Shown: positions 16,722-24,738 of the stretch, piece after piece | How positions within the stretch are numbered: position 1 is the stretch's first letter | How the letters are laid out: every line of letters begins with the position of its first letter | Assembly (NCBI GenBank): GCA_964530085.1 | Contig: CAZGXX010000007.1 | Location: 1,410 to 65,409, forward strand | Length of the DNA: 64,000 nucleotides | Origin: an uncultured Azospirillum sp. | GTDB taxonomy: Bacteria; Pseudomonadota; Alphaproteobacteria; Rickettsiales; UBA3002 | Direction: 5' to 3' | The notes under the pieces: model-generated | What the model was told of the DNA's origin: nothing | Database searches by the model: none | What the model saw: the letters and a program-made list of their open reading frames with translations, nothing else | Position numbers and translations under genes: made by a program

Positions 16722-18227
16722 CTAGTGATTGATCCGTTTCTTGTGCTTTTCGAAGGGGTTATTGCTTTCCTTCAGAATCAGCCGGATGGGGGTGCCGTTG
16801 AGGCCGAACGTGCTGCGTAGCCCAGCGGTGAGGTAGCGCAGGTAGGATTCGGGGAATTCCTCGGCCATGTTGCAGAACAGGTGGAACGTCGGCGGGCGCG
16901 CCTTCACCTGCGTGATATATTTGATTTTGAGGCGGCGGCCACGCACCAGCGGCGGGCTGTGATGGGCGAGGGTTTCCTCCAGCCAGCGGTTCATGGCGGC
17001 GGTGGGCACGCGGCGGTTCCACACCTCGCGCGTGGTGAGGCAGGCGTTGAGCAGCGCATCCATCCCCACCTTGTTAAGGGCAGAAACCGGTGCCACCGTA
17101 ATGCCCGCGAGCTGCGAGAGCTGCTTGCCCAGCATATACTCGATTTCCTCGAGCAGCGCTTTGCGTTCGCCGGGTTTGATGAGGTCCCACTTGTTGAGGC
17201 CGATGACGCAGGCGCGCCCCTCGCGCTCGACGAGGGAGGCCAGCGTGGCGTCCTGCTTCTCGAGCGGCGCGGTGGCATCGATGAGGATGACGACGACCTC
17301 GGCGAAGGTCAGCGCGCGGATGGAGTCGCTCACCGCCAGCTTCTCGATTTTCCCCTGCACGTTGGCGCGTTTGCGCATGCCCGCCGTGTCGTGCAGCGTG
17401 AACTTGGTGCCGTGATAGTCAAACGGAATGGCGATGGTGTCGCGCGTGATGCCCGCTTCGGGCCCGACCAGCAGGCGGTCTTCGCCGATGAGGGCGTTGA
17501 CCAGCGTGGATTTCCCCGCATTCGGGCGGCCGAGGATGACGAGGTTGATGGGTTTGGTAGAGGTGGCCGGTGGCTGGTGGCCGGTGGCCAGTGATTCTTC
17601 GTCTTGTTCGATTGCCTCTTCAAACGGTGCATCCGGCGTGACTTTCGCGGCACGTTTTGGTTTTTTCTTCCGCTTCTCTTTTGCGGCACTGGCCACTGGC
17701 CACTGGCCACCGGCCACCGCTTCTCCCTCCATCATCTCCCGCAGCACGTCGTATAAATCGCCCAGCCCCTCGCCATGCTCGGCCGAAAGCAGCACGATGG
17801 GCGTAAAACCGAGCGAGTAAATATCCCCCGCCGCGTTGGCACGGCTCGATTCCGCCTTGTTGGCGATGAGGATCATCGGCTTGTTCGACATGCGCACCAG
17901 CTTGGCAAAATGCGCGTCCATCGGCGTTACGCCCTCGCGCGCATCGATAACGAAGAGCAGGATATCGGCTTCGTCCATCGCGAGTTTGGTTTGCGCGAAC
18001 ATACGGGTGGCGAGCGCGTCGGGCGCGGCCTGCTCCATGCCTGCCGTGTCGATGAGGCGGAAGCGCAGGTCCGACAGCGAGGCATCCGCATAGCGGCGGT
18101 CACGCGTCACGCCCGGCTGGTCATCCACCAACGCCAGTCGCTTGCCGACGAGGCGGTTAAACAGCGTCGACTTGCCCACGTTCGGGCGGCCGATAATCGC
18201 GATCAGGGGGTGTGACGGAATGCTCAT
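16722..18227 (-). CDS. der: ribosome-associated GTPase Der/EngA
   Basis: Two GTPase domains (GRPNVGKSTLFN...DTAG...NKAE and GRPNAGKSTLVN...DTAG...NKWD) plus a KH-like C-terminal domain. Confidence 0.95.
   Translation of the reverse strand: MSIPSHPLIAIIGRPNVGKSTLFNRLVGKRLALVDDQPGVTRDRRYADASLSDLRFRLIDTAGMEQAAPDALATRMFAQTKLAMDEADILLFVIDAREGVTPMDAHFAKLVRMSNKPMILIANKAESSRANAAGDIYSLGFTPIVLLSAEHGEGLGDLYDVLREMMEGEAVAGGQWPVASAAKEKRKKKPKRAAKVTPDAPFEEAIEQDEESLATGHQPPATSTKPINLVILGRPNAGKSTLVNALIGEDRLLVGPEAGITRDTIAIPFDYHGTKFTLHDTAGMRKRANVQGKIEKLAVSDSIRALTFAEVVVILIDATAPLEKQDATLASLVEREGRACVIGLNKWDLIKPGERKALLEEIEYMLGKQLSQLAGITVAPVSALNKVGMDALLNACLTTREVWNRRVPTAAMNRWLEETLAHHSPPLVRGRRLKIKYITQVKARPPTFHLFCNMAEEFPESYLRYLTAGLRSTFGLNGTPIRLILKESNNPFEKHKKRINH
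17562..17719. repeat. inverted-repeat element embedded in frame in the der inter-domain linker
   Basis: The 32-nt arms at 17562-17593 (GGTGGCCGGTGGCTGGTGGCCGGTGGCCAGTG) and 17688-17719 match 29/32 as reverse complements. Each arm is 4 tandem (G/A)GTGGCC heptamers, and the spacer is 94 nt. Confidence 0.7.
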
Positions 18228-18294
18228 CCGCCGCTTATAGCAGCGATTTGGCTTAGGGGAAGGGGGAATCTGGGGGTGATGGCGCGTAGATTAG

Positions 18295-19347
18295 TTATGC
18301 CAAGTCATCTTTTCTTATGGCCCTGAGGCGGTTCATGGAGCTAACTCCGTATGGCGTTAGCCTCCAGTATGTCCCTTTGTCATTTACACTTCTATTCTTT
18401 TTTTCACTTTGTGTAATTAGGCCAAGAGCACTCAATTGTATTAAAACGGTCTCGAAATCTTGTATTAACGGGGTAACGCTTCTTATATTGCCGTGACCCT
18501 CAAAGCTTTTCTTTTTTGGCATTTCTATTTTTAGCCTCTTTGCAACCAGTTCATAAAACCTGTTCTGTAATTCAAAAGTTTTTGCTTCATGTATCATCAA
18601 AGGAGAAAGTTCAGAAAACAGTACGTTCCAGCTAACCCTAACGCTATCGTTCCAAGTCCATGCTTGATTGTCAGCTTTTGTCTCTGAATCAAATTTGACA
18701 TTTATGATGAATTTATCTTCACCTTGGGCAAGATCTTCCGTCCCCTTGGGACCCTTAGTTTGAGATGAGTTGATCTCTGATTCTAGTTCCTCTATTCTTT
18801 TTCGAAGACTGAGGATTTCTAGGGATGCATCTTTGCTTAATGTTTGGTTGCCTTTAACCCAACCGATGCCAGGATGTTGTTTTTGCAGACTTACTAAGCT
18901 GCGGCTGACAACAGATCCGAGTTCTTGAGCTGTTGTCCAGTATTTACACATCTTTTTCTCAGCAAGCTCACGAAACTCTTTTAATTTTTCGCGTGCAGCT
19001 TCAGAAGACTCACAATTCTTTGCAGGTAAGGCACTTGGGTCCTTATGTAGAAATCCTATTACGGGCTTTCCTTTTTCGAGAGCGTATCGATACTCCATTT
19101 CAGTGTAACTTATTCCCTGTGAGCCAACCGAGCCATATCTACCACCGATGACAACTATGTAATAATCGCAGTCATCAATAACGCCTTTGATTAATGACCA
19201 TTGATCTTCATTAGCAGCTGGAAACATTTCCATTCCGGATGGAATACAATCAAGCTCTAATAATGCATGCATGATTTCTTGGCGCTCTGGCTGTAGGTCT
19301 TGATAAGTAGAGCTCACAAAAACCTGATATTTTTTATCTACACTCAT
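18295..19347 (-). CDS. DUF4062 (TIR-like fold) domain protein with a coiled coil and an uncharacterised C-terminal domain
   Basis: Trimmed to MSVDKKYQVFVSSTYQDLQPERQEIMHALLELDCIPSGMEMFPA...DYYIVVIGGRYGS, the DUF4062 signature. The gene is visibly AT-rich compared with its flanks. Confidence 0.7.
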   Translation of the reverse strand: MSVDKKYQVFVSSTYQDLQPERQEIMHALLELDCIPSGMEMFPAANEDQWSLIKGVIDDCDYYIVVIGGRYGSVGSQGISYTEMEYRYALEKGKPVIGFLHKDPSALPAKNCESSEAAREKLKEFRELAEKKMCKYWTTAQELGSVVSRSLVSLQKQHPGIGWVKGNQTLSKDASLEILSLRKRIEELESEINSSQTKGPKGTEDLAQGEDKFIINVKFDSETKADNQAWTWNDSVRVSWNVLFSELSPLMIHEAKTFELQNRFYELVAKRLKIEMPKKKSFEGHGNIRSVTPLIQDFETVLIQLSALGLITQSEKKNRSVNDKGTYWRLTPYGVSSMNRLRAIRKDDLA

Positions 19348-19367
19348 GAATAAACTCTCTAATTTCA

Positions 19368-19444
19368 TGGCGCGCCCAGCAGGACTCGAACCTGCAACCG
19401 CTCGCTTAGAAGGCGAGTGCTCTATCCAGTTGAGCTATGGGCGC
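19368..19444 (-). tRNA. tRNA-Arg (anticodon UCU)
   Basis: Hand fold of GCGCCCA TA GCTC AACTGGATA GAGC A CTCGC CTTCTAA GCGAG CGGTT GCAGG TTCGAGT CCTGC TGGGCGC G CCA. 77 nt. Confidence 0.9.
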
Positions 19445-19482
19445 GTGGGGCTCTTATAGGTGTAACAGGCGTAGCTGCCAAG

Positions 19483-19624
19483 AATATTGCGCTTCATTCT
19501 GTCATCCCCGCGTAGGCGGGGATCCAGTCCCTGCTCGCGCGGCACTGGCCGGGATGACAGTTTATGTGCGCCAAAGACTTGGCGCGCTGGATGCCCGCCT
19601 GCGCGGGCATGACAAATATTGCGC
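19483..19624. mobile_element. MITE-like palindromic element flanked by a 10-bp direct repeat
   Basis: AATATTGCGC occurs at 19483-19492 and again at 19615-19624. The interior starts at TGTCATCCCCGCG (19500) and ends at CGCGGGCATGACA (19614). It holds perfect hairpins ATCCCCGC/GCGGGGAT and ATGCCCGC/GCGGGCAT. Confidence 0.6.
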
Positions 19625-19674
19625 GGGGGGGGCAAAGCTGCTAGTCACGCGGGCTTGAACCTTGGGAGAGCCCT

Positions 19675-20568
19675 ATGAACCAGACCCCCTACACCATCGG
19701 CATCGTGCAAATGGCGATGCACCCGACCGACAGCAACGCGAATATGGAGCGCGCGATTCACTGGCTGCGCGAGGCGAAAAAGCAAGGCGTGCAGGTGGCC
19801 TGTTTGCCGGAGCTGTTCCTCTCCCCCTATTTCTGCCAGAGCGAGAACCATGATTTCTTCGCCCTCGCGGAGGCGATTCCGGGGCCATCCACGGACACGC
19901 TCGGCAAGGTGGCGAAGGAGCTCGATATGGTCATCGTCGCGAGCCTGTTCGAGCGGCGCACGGCGGGGATGTATCATAATACGACCGCGGTGATCGATGC
20001 GGACGGGACGTATCTCGGCAAATACCGCAAGATGCATATCCCGGATGATCCGCGCTTCTACGAGAAATTCTACTTCACGCCGGGTGATTTGGGCTTCAAG
20101 AATTTCGACACGAAATATGGCCGCATCGGCGTGCTGATCTGCTGGGATCAATGGTTCCCGGAAGCGGCGCGGCTGACCGCCATGCAGGGCGCGAGCGTGA
20201 TTTTCTACCCCACCGCGATCGGTTGGCACCCGGCGGAGAAAGCTGAATACGGCGAAGAGCAATGGCAGAAATGGCAGACCGTGCAGCGCGGCCACGCGGT
20301 GGCGAACAATATCTTCGTCGCCTCGCCTAACCGCATCGGGCTCGAGACGCACGGCGACAACGGCGCGCTTGAATTCTTCGGCCATAGCTTCATTTGCGAC
20401 ACCTCCGGGCGCTATATCCAGCAGGTGGATGAGAAATTCGAGGGCGTGCTCACCGCCGTCATCGACCCGAAAAAAGTCGAGAAGCAGCGCCAGTACTGGC
20501 CGTATTTCCGCGACCGCCGCATCGAGCATTACGGCGCATTAACGCAGCATCCGAGCGAAGAGGCATAA
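19675..20568 (+). CDS. aguB: N-carbamoylputrescine amidase (CN-hydrolase)
   Basis: CLPELF...YRKMHIPDDPRFYEKFYFTPGD...VLICWDQWFPEAAR, the nitrilase-superfamily E-K-C triad context. Confidence 0.9.
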   Translation: MNQTPYTIGIVQMAMHPTDSNANMERAIHWLREAKKQGVQVACLPELFLSPYFCQSENHDFFALAEAIPGPSTDTLGKVAKELDMVIVASLFERRTAGMYHNTTAVIDADGTYLGKYRKMHIPDDPRFYEKFYFTPGDLGFKNFDTKYGRIGVLICWDQWFPEAARLTAMQGASVIFYPTAIGWHPAEKAEYGEEQWQKWQTVQRGHAVANNIFVASPNRIGLETHGDNGALEFFGHSFICDTSGRYIQQVDEKFEGVLTAVIDPKKVEKQRQYWPYFRDRRIEHYGALTQHPSEEA

Positions 20569-21612
20569 ATGGACTACGCGCAATTTCAAATGCCTGCTGA
20601 ATGGGCGCCGCAGAAACGCATCTGGCTGAGCTGGCCGCACGCACGCGCCGACTGGCCGGGTAAATTCGCGCCGGTGCCGTGGGTGTTTGCCGAGATGGTG
20701 CGGGTGATTACCGGCAGTGGCCAACGCGTCGGCCTGCTGGTGAAAGACCAGAAAATCCGCGCGGAGGCGATGGAAATGCTCGACCGCAGCGGTGTATCGC
20801 TTTCGATGGTCGATATGCTCGAGGTGAAAACCAACCGCGGCTGGCTGCGTGATTGCGGCCCCATCTGGGTGAAAGACGGCATGGGCGGCTATACCGCGCT
20901 CAACTGGAAATTCACCGGCTGGGCAAAATACGCGAATCACAAACTCGATAACGACGTGCCGGATCAAATCGCGGATTTCACGAAAGACGACTCGCTGGAA
21001 CCGACCGCGAACGACAAGCATATCGTGCTCGAAGGCGGCGGGATTGAGGTGGATGGCGCAGGCAGTATTATTGTGACGGAAGAATGGTTGTTGTCGGATA
21101 CGCAAATCCGCAACAAGAAATTCACGCGGGAAGATTACGAGCTGCTGTTCGATCATTATCTCGGCGCGCCGAATGTGATCTGGCTCGGCAAAGGCATCGT
21201 CGGCGACGACACGCACGGCCATGTGGATGACATCACCCGCTTTGTCGCGCCGGGGAAAATTGTGACGGTGGTGGAGAGCGACAAGAAGGATGCGAACTAC
21301 GCGCTTTTACAAGACAATCTAAAACGCCTGCGCGCCGCGCGCGATGCGAAGGGCAAACCGTTCGAGGTGATCGAACTGCCGATGCCGCGCCCGGTGATGT
21401 TCGAAGGCCAGCGCCTGCCCGCGAGCTACGCGAACTTCCTCATCTGCAACAAAGTGGTGCTGGTGCCGGTGTTCAACGACGTGGCGGACAAGGAAGCGCT
21501 ACGCATTCTGCAGGAATGTTTCCCGAAACGCGAGGTGGTCGGCATCTATGCGCGCGACCTGGTGTGGGGGCTGGGAACGATCCACTGCCTCACGCAGCAG
21601 GAGCCGTTATAG
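20569..21612 (+). CDS. aguA: agmatine deiminase
   Basis: MPAEWAPQKRIWLSWPH...DCGPIWV...HVDD...GTIHCLTQQEP, with the catalytic Cys near the C-terminus. Confidence 0.9.
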   Translation: MDYAQFQMPAEWAPQKRIWLSWPHARADWPGKFAPVPWVFAEMVRVITGSGQRVGLLVKDQKIRAEAMEMLDRSGVSLSMVDMLEVKTNRGWLRDCGPIWVKDGMGGYTALNWKFTGWAKYANHKLDNDVPDQIADFTKDDSLEPTANDKHIVLEGGGIEVDGAGSIIVTEEWLLSDTQIRNKKFTREDYELLFDHYLGAPNVIWLGKGIVGDDTHGHVDDITRFVAPGKIVTVVESDKKDANYALLQDNLKRLRAARDAKGKPFEVIELPMPRPVMFEGQRLPASYANFLICNKVVLVPVFNDVADKEALRILQECFPKREVVGIYARDLVWGLGTIHCLTQQEPL

Positions 21613-21621
21613 CGTGTCAGC

Positions 21622-22134
21622 CTACTTACTCTTCCCAAGCAGCGCAGTTACATCAAGGCGATTCTCTGGGCAGAGTGCCTTGTTGAATTGCGTGAGAATA
21701 TCAGCCAGCGAATTGGCGGAGAACGGGTAGACGTTATAGTTGGCAGGTCGAGACGCACAAGAATCATCTAACTCGCTTTTTGACTGCCGGTCTCTGAGTT
21801 TGAAGGTGCTGTTGCTTTTATAATCCTCAGGATTGACATCAAGCCCAACAGGCATAGGGGCGTCACTTTTTAACCCGTCAATTAGGCCTTCTAATTCCGG
21901 AACTCTCTTATCTACCTTCACTGCATCTACTGGGAACTCTATTTCTCCGAGAATTTTGGTGCCCATCTTCTTCAGTCTCAGATGTACGTTTCTCAATTTT
22001 TCCGGTTTGTCATACCCGCGGTCAATCAAATCCGCGTGGATAGCTGTTTCGAGTGCTCCCTGTACTTTCTTCAGAATCTTACCTCGCTCAAGGGCGGCTT
22101 GGACAACGGCGCTCTGTTCATCATATGGCGGCAT
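21622..22134 (-). CDS. hypothetical protein (orphan, lower GC)
   Basis: 170-aa ORF with AGGAG 6 nt upstream of the ATG. No family recognised. Preceded by the box element at 22191-22212. Confidence 0.55.
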   Translation of the reverse strand: MPPYDEQSAVVQAALERGKILKKVQGALETAIHADLIDRGYDKPEKLRNVHLRLKKMGTKILGEIEFPVDAVKVDKRVPELEGLIDGLKSDAPMPVGLDVNPEDYKSNSTFKLRDRQSKSELDDSCASRPANYNVYPFSANSLADILTQFNKALCPENRLDVTALLGKSK

Positions 22135-22190
22135 AGATACTCCTTTGATTTGATTAATGGAGCCATCCTAACAAAGCCGCTGCCGTCTGT

Positions 22191-22212
22191 GTGTGAAGAT
22201 TTGATGACAATT
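22191..22212 (-). promoter_or_regulatory. Pho-box-like direct-repeat element (variant copy 2)
   Basis: In gene orientation the sequence is AATTGTCATCAAATCTTCACAC. TAGGAT follows 22 nt downstream. This 22-mer is identical to the one at 42332-42353. Confidence 0.4.
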
Positions 22213-22236
22213 TTTTCTGATAGATAAATCAGTCGC

Positions 22237-23622
22237 TTAAATCTTCACTCCGCCCGCGCTGAGGGCGCGGTGCATGGCGTGCATGACGCGGGCGAGGGAG
22301 TCGGCGCAGTGGCCTTCGGCGCGGGCGACGAGCACGGCCTGCGTGTTGCTGGCGCGGGCGAGCCACCAGCCATCCGCCGTGGTGACGCGCACACCGTCGA
22401 GCGTGTTGACGGTCGCGCCCTCGGCGGCCAGCGCAGCGGCCATGGCGGTGATGACGGCGAATTTTTTATCATCCGCGCAGGGAATGCGAATCTCCGGCGA
22501 GGCGAACAGCGGCGGCAATGTATCCACCAGTTCGCTGAGTTTTTTGCCGGACTCAGCGACGATGCGCAGCAGGCGCAGCGCGGCATACAGCCCGTCATCG
22601 AACCCATAATATTCATCTGCGAAGAAGATATGGCCGCTGGCCTCGCCCGCGAATTTCGCGCCGGTTTCGGCGAGTTTGGTTTTGATATGCGCGTGCCCCG
22701 TCATCCACATCAGCGGCGCGCCACCCTTGGCAGCTACTTCTTTAAAGAAACTATCCGAAGTTTTGACATCCGCAATGATGCCCGCGCCGGGGTGACGTGA
22801 AAGTACGTCATTCGCTAGCAGCATGAGGATGTGATCGGGCGAGAGTGGCCGCCCCTTATCATCCACCGCGCCCATACGGTCGCCATCGCCATCGAACGCG
22901 AAGCCCATATGCAGCGTGCCCGCACGTTCGGAAATCGCGGCCTGTAACGCCTCGAGGTTATGTGGGTCGGCTGGGTCCGGGTGGTGGTTGGGGAACGTGC
23001 CATCCACCTCGAGAAAGAGTTTTTCGTGCCGCGTTTTGTTGAGCTTCAGCAATTCTTCGACCACGATGCCGGCGGCGCCATTGCCGGCGTCCCACGCCAC
23101 GGGGTGGGTGGTGAGCAGATCACCGCCGAGGGCTTTTTTCAGCTCGAACACATATTCGTCGAGCATGTCGACTTCCTCGCGCTGCCCGCGCGAATGCAGG
23201 AGATTATTTTGTTCGACCCGCGTGCGCAGATTGGCCAACTCCGCGCCATAGAGTGATTTCCCGTCGCACATGAATTTCGCGCCGTTATGGTTTGGCGGGT
23301 TGTGCGAACCGGTGATCATCACGCTGCCATCCGCATTCAAATGATGGGTGGCGAAATAGCACATCGGTGTGGGGCCCATGCCACCATCAAGCACATGCGC
23401 GCCCGCTTTGAGCATGCCTTCGACCATCGCTTCGGCAAGGTTCGGTGAGCTTTCGCGCCCGTCACGCATTACCACGATCAATGGCGTGCGGGTCTGGCAT
23501 TTATCGGCCACGTGGCTGGCGAAGGCCTGACCGATGCTGAGGAAATCGGCGGCTTCAAGGGTTTCGCCGACAATGCCGCGCACGTCATAGGCGCGGAAGA
23601 GGGATGCGTTGGGGAGGTGCAT
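22237..23622 (-). CDS. phosphomannomutase/phosphoglucomutase
   Basis: The active-site loop TGSHNPPNHNG, the metal loop FDGDGDR, and the GEASGH sugar-binding loop. Confidence 0.9.
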   Translation of the reverse strand: MHLPNASLFRAYDVRGIVGETLEAADFLSIGQAFASHVADKCQTRTPLIVVMRDGRESSPNLAEAMVEGMLKAGAHVLDGGMGPTPMCYFATHHLNADGSVMITGSHNPPNHNGAKFMCDGKSLYGAELANLRTRVEQNNLLHSRGQREEVDMLDEYVFELKKALGGDLLTTHPVAWDAGNGAAGIVVEELLKLNKTRHEKLFLEVDGTFPNHHPDPADPHNLEALQAAISERAGTLHMGFAFDGDGDRMGAVDDKGRPLSPDHILMLLANDVLSRHPGAGIIADVKTSDSFFKEVAAKGGAPLMWMTGHAHIKTKLAETGAKFAGEASGHIFFADEYYGFDDGLYAALRLLRIVAESGKKLSELVDTLPPLFASPEIRIPCADDKKFAVITAMAAALAAEGATVNTLDGVRVTTADGWWLARASNTQAVLVARAEGHCADSLARVMHAMHRALSAGGVKI

Positions 23623-23634
23623 GGGAAGCCTATG

Positions 23635-24654
23635 TTACGCCGCTTCGGTTTCCGACGACGAGGGTTCCGTCGGCAGTGGCTCTGGGTTCTCAGTGGCCTT
23701 GGTAACGGCTTCGGCAAGCGCCGGGTCGGTTGCTTTCGGCTTCGGTGCAATGCGCGGTGCGGTGAGCGGGTCGCCGTTCACGCCCGTGCGCACTTGCGCG
23801 ATGCGTTCATCGATCACCGGAATGCGCAGCGCGGTGAGCAGATCGCGCACTTCCTGACGCGCGGCGAGGTGCGACATCGAAAGCGTGTTGCCACCTTTGT
23901 TGGTTTCAACCACATCGAGCACGGTAAGGCCGAGTAGGAACAGCTCGCGGAAAATGACGCGCTCCGAAAAGCCCGGCGCGAGGCGAAAACCCAAGCGACG
24001 ATGGAGTTCTTCCATCACCTTGGTGATCATGCGTTTGTTGCGCGCGTCGATATTGGAGAGGCGGTTGCGCATCACCACCCAGTCGATGGAGCCGCCGTCG
24101 CGCTTGGCGCGCAGCAATTTCTGCTCCCACAGCATTTCGCTGTAGATGCTGGGTTTTTCGACCTTCATGGTGATGCCGTTGACCGAAGCCAGCACGTCGA
24201 GATCGACGAAACTATCGTTCACCGGGGTGATGACGGTATCGGCGTAAGAATGCGCGAGGCGCGAGAGATAGGTGTCCGACCCCGGCGAGTCGATCACCAC
24301 GAAGTCGCAGTTGACGAGCAGGCGCGCAAGGGCGCGGGTGAAGCGGTCGCGCTCGTCTGCCTCGGCTTCGGTGACGATGTCGAATGGGCTGCGCTGCACC
24401 ACGATATGCGCGGGCATCGGCAGTTCGGCGTTCTCGCTGGTCATGGTATTTTTACGGTTGCCGATATAGCGGGTGAGGGAGCGTTGGCGTGCGTCGATAT
24501 CCATGCTGCCGACTTTGAAGCCAAGCCGCAGCAGACCCACGATGAGATGCATGCTGGTGGTGGTTTTTCCGGAACCGCCTTTTTCATTGCCGATAACGAT
24601 GATGTGGCCACGCTGGATGGGTGCCGATGGGGTCGGGGTGTTGGTCGCTTGCAT
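23635..24654 (-). CDS. mipZ: ParA-family division-site positioning ATPase MipZ
   Basis: IIVIGNEKGGSGKTTT...DIDARQRSL...TPVNDSFVDLDVL...LAARQEVRDLL aligns along its length with Caulobacter MipZ as recalled. An extra Pro/Glu-rich C-terminal tail is present. Confidence 0.8.
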   Translation of the reverse strand: MQATNTPTPSAPIQRGHIIVIGNEKGGSGKTTTSMHLIVGLLRLGFKVGSMDIDARQRSLTRYIGNRKNTMTSENAELPMPAHIVVQRSPFDIVTEAEADERDRFTRALARLLVNCDFVVIDSPGSDTYLSRLAHSYADTVITPVNDSFVDLDVLASVNGITMKVEKPSIYSEMLWEQKLLRAKRDGGSIDWVVMRNRLSNIDARNKRMITKVMEELHRRLGFRLAPGFSERVIFRELFLLGLTVLDVVETNKGGNTLSMSHLAARQEVRDLLTALRIPVIDERIAQVRTGVNGDPLTAPRIAPKPKATDPALAEAVTKATENPEPLPTEPSSSETEAA

Positions 24655-24738
24655 ATGCTCAACGTGTTTTTAGTTGTTTTTGAATGCCGGAAGACGCTAA
24701 ACCTAACCCATTCGCCCGGTGCTGACAAGGACATAAAC

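Noticed and set aside
18279-19374. The 8-bp direct repeat ATGGCGCG at both ends of the DUF4062 islet, considered as an att site
   Set aside because: It is too short to exclude chance in a GC-rich genome, and no integrase is present. It is kept only as a weak supporting remark.
22204-22227. Mini-ORF MTIFSDR-stop, and the resemblance of ATGACAATT... to the tadA and 42889 ORF starts
   Set aside because: The shared ATGACAAT is part of the 22-bp box element. The 7-codon ORF has no RBS and is most simply a by-product of the motif.
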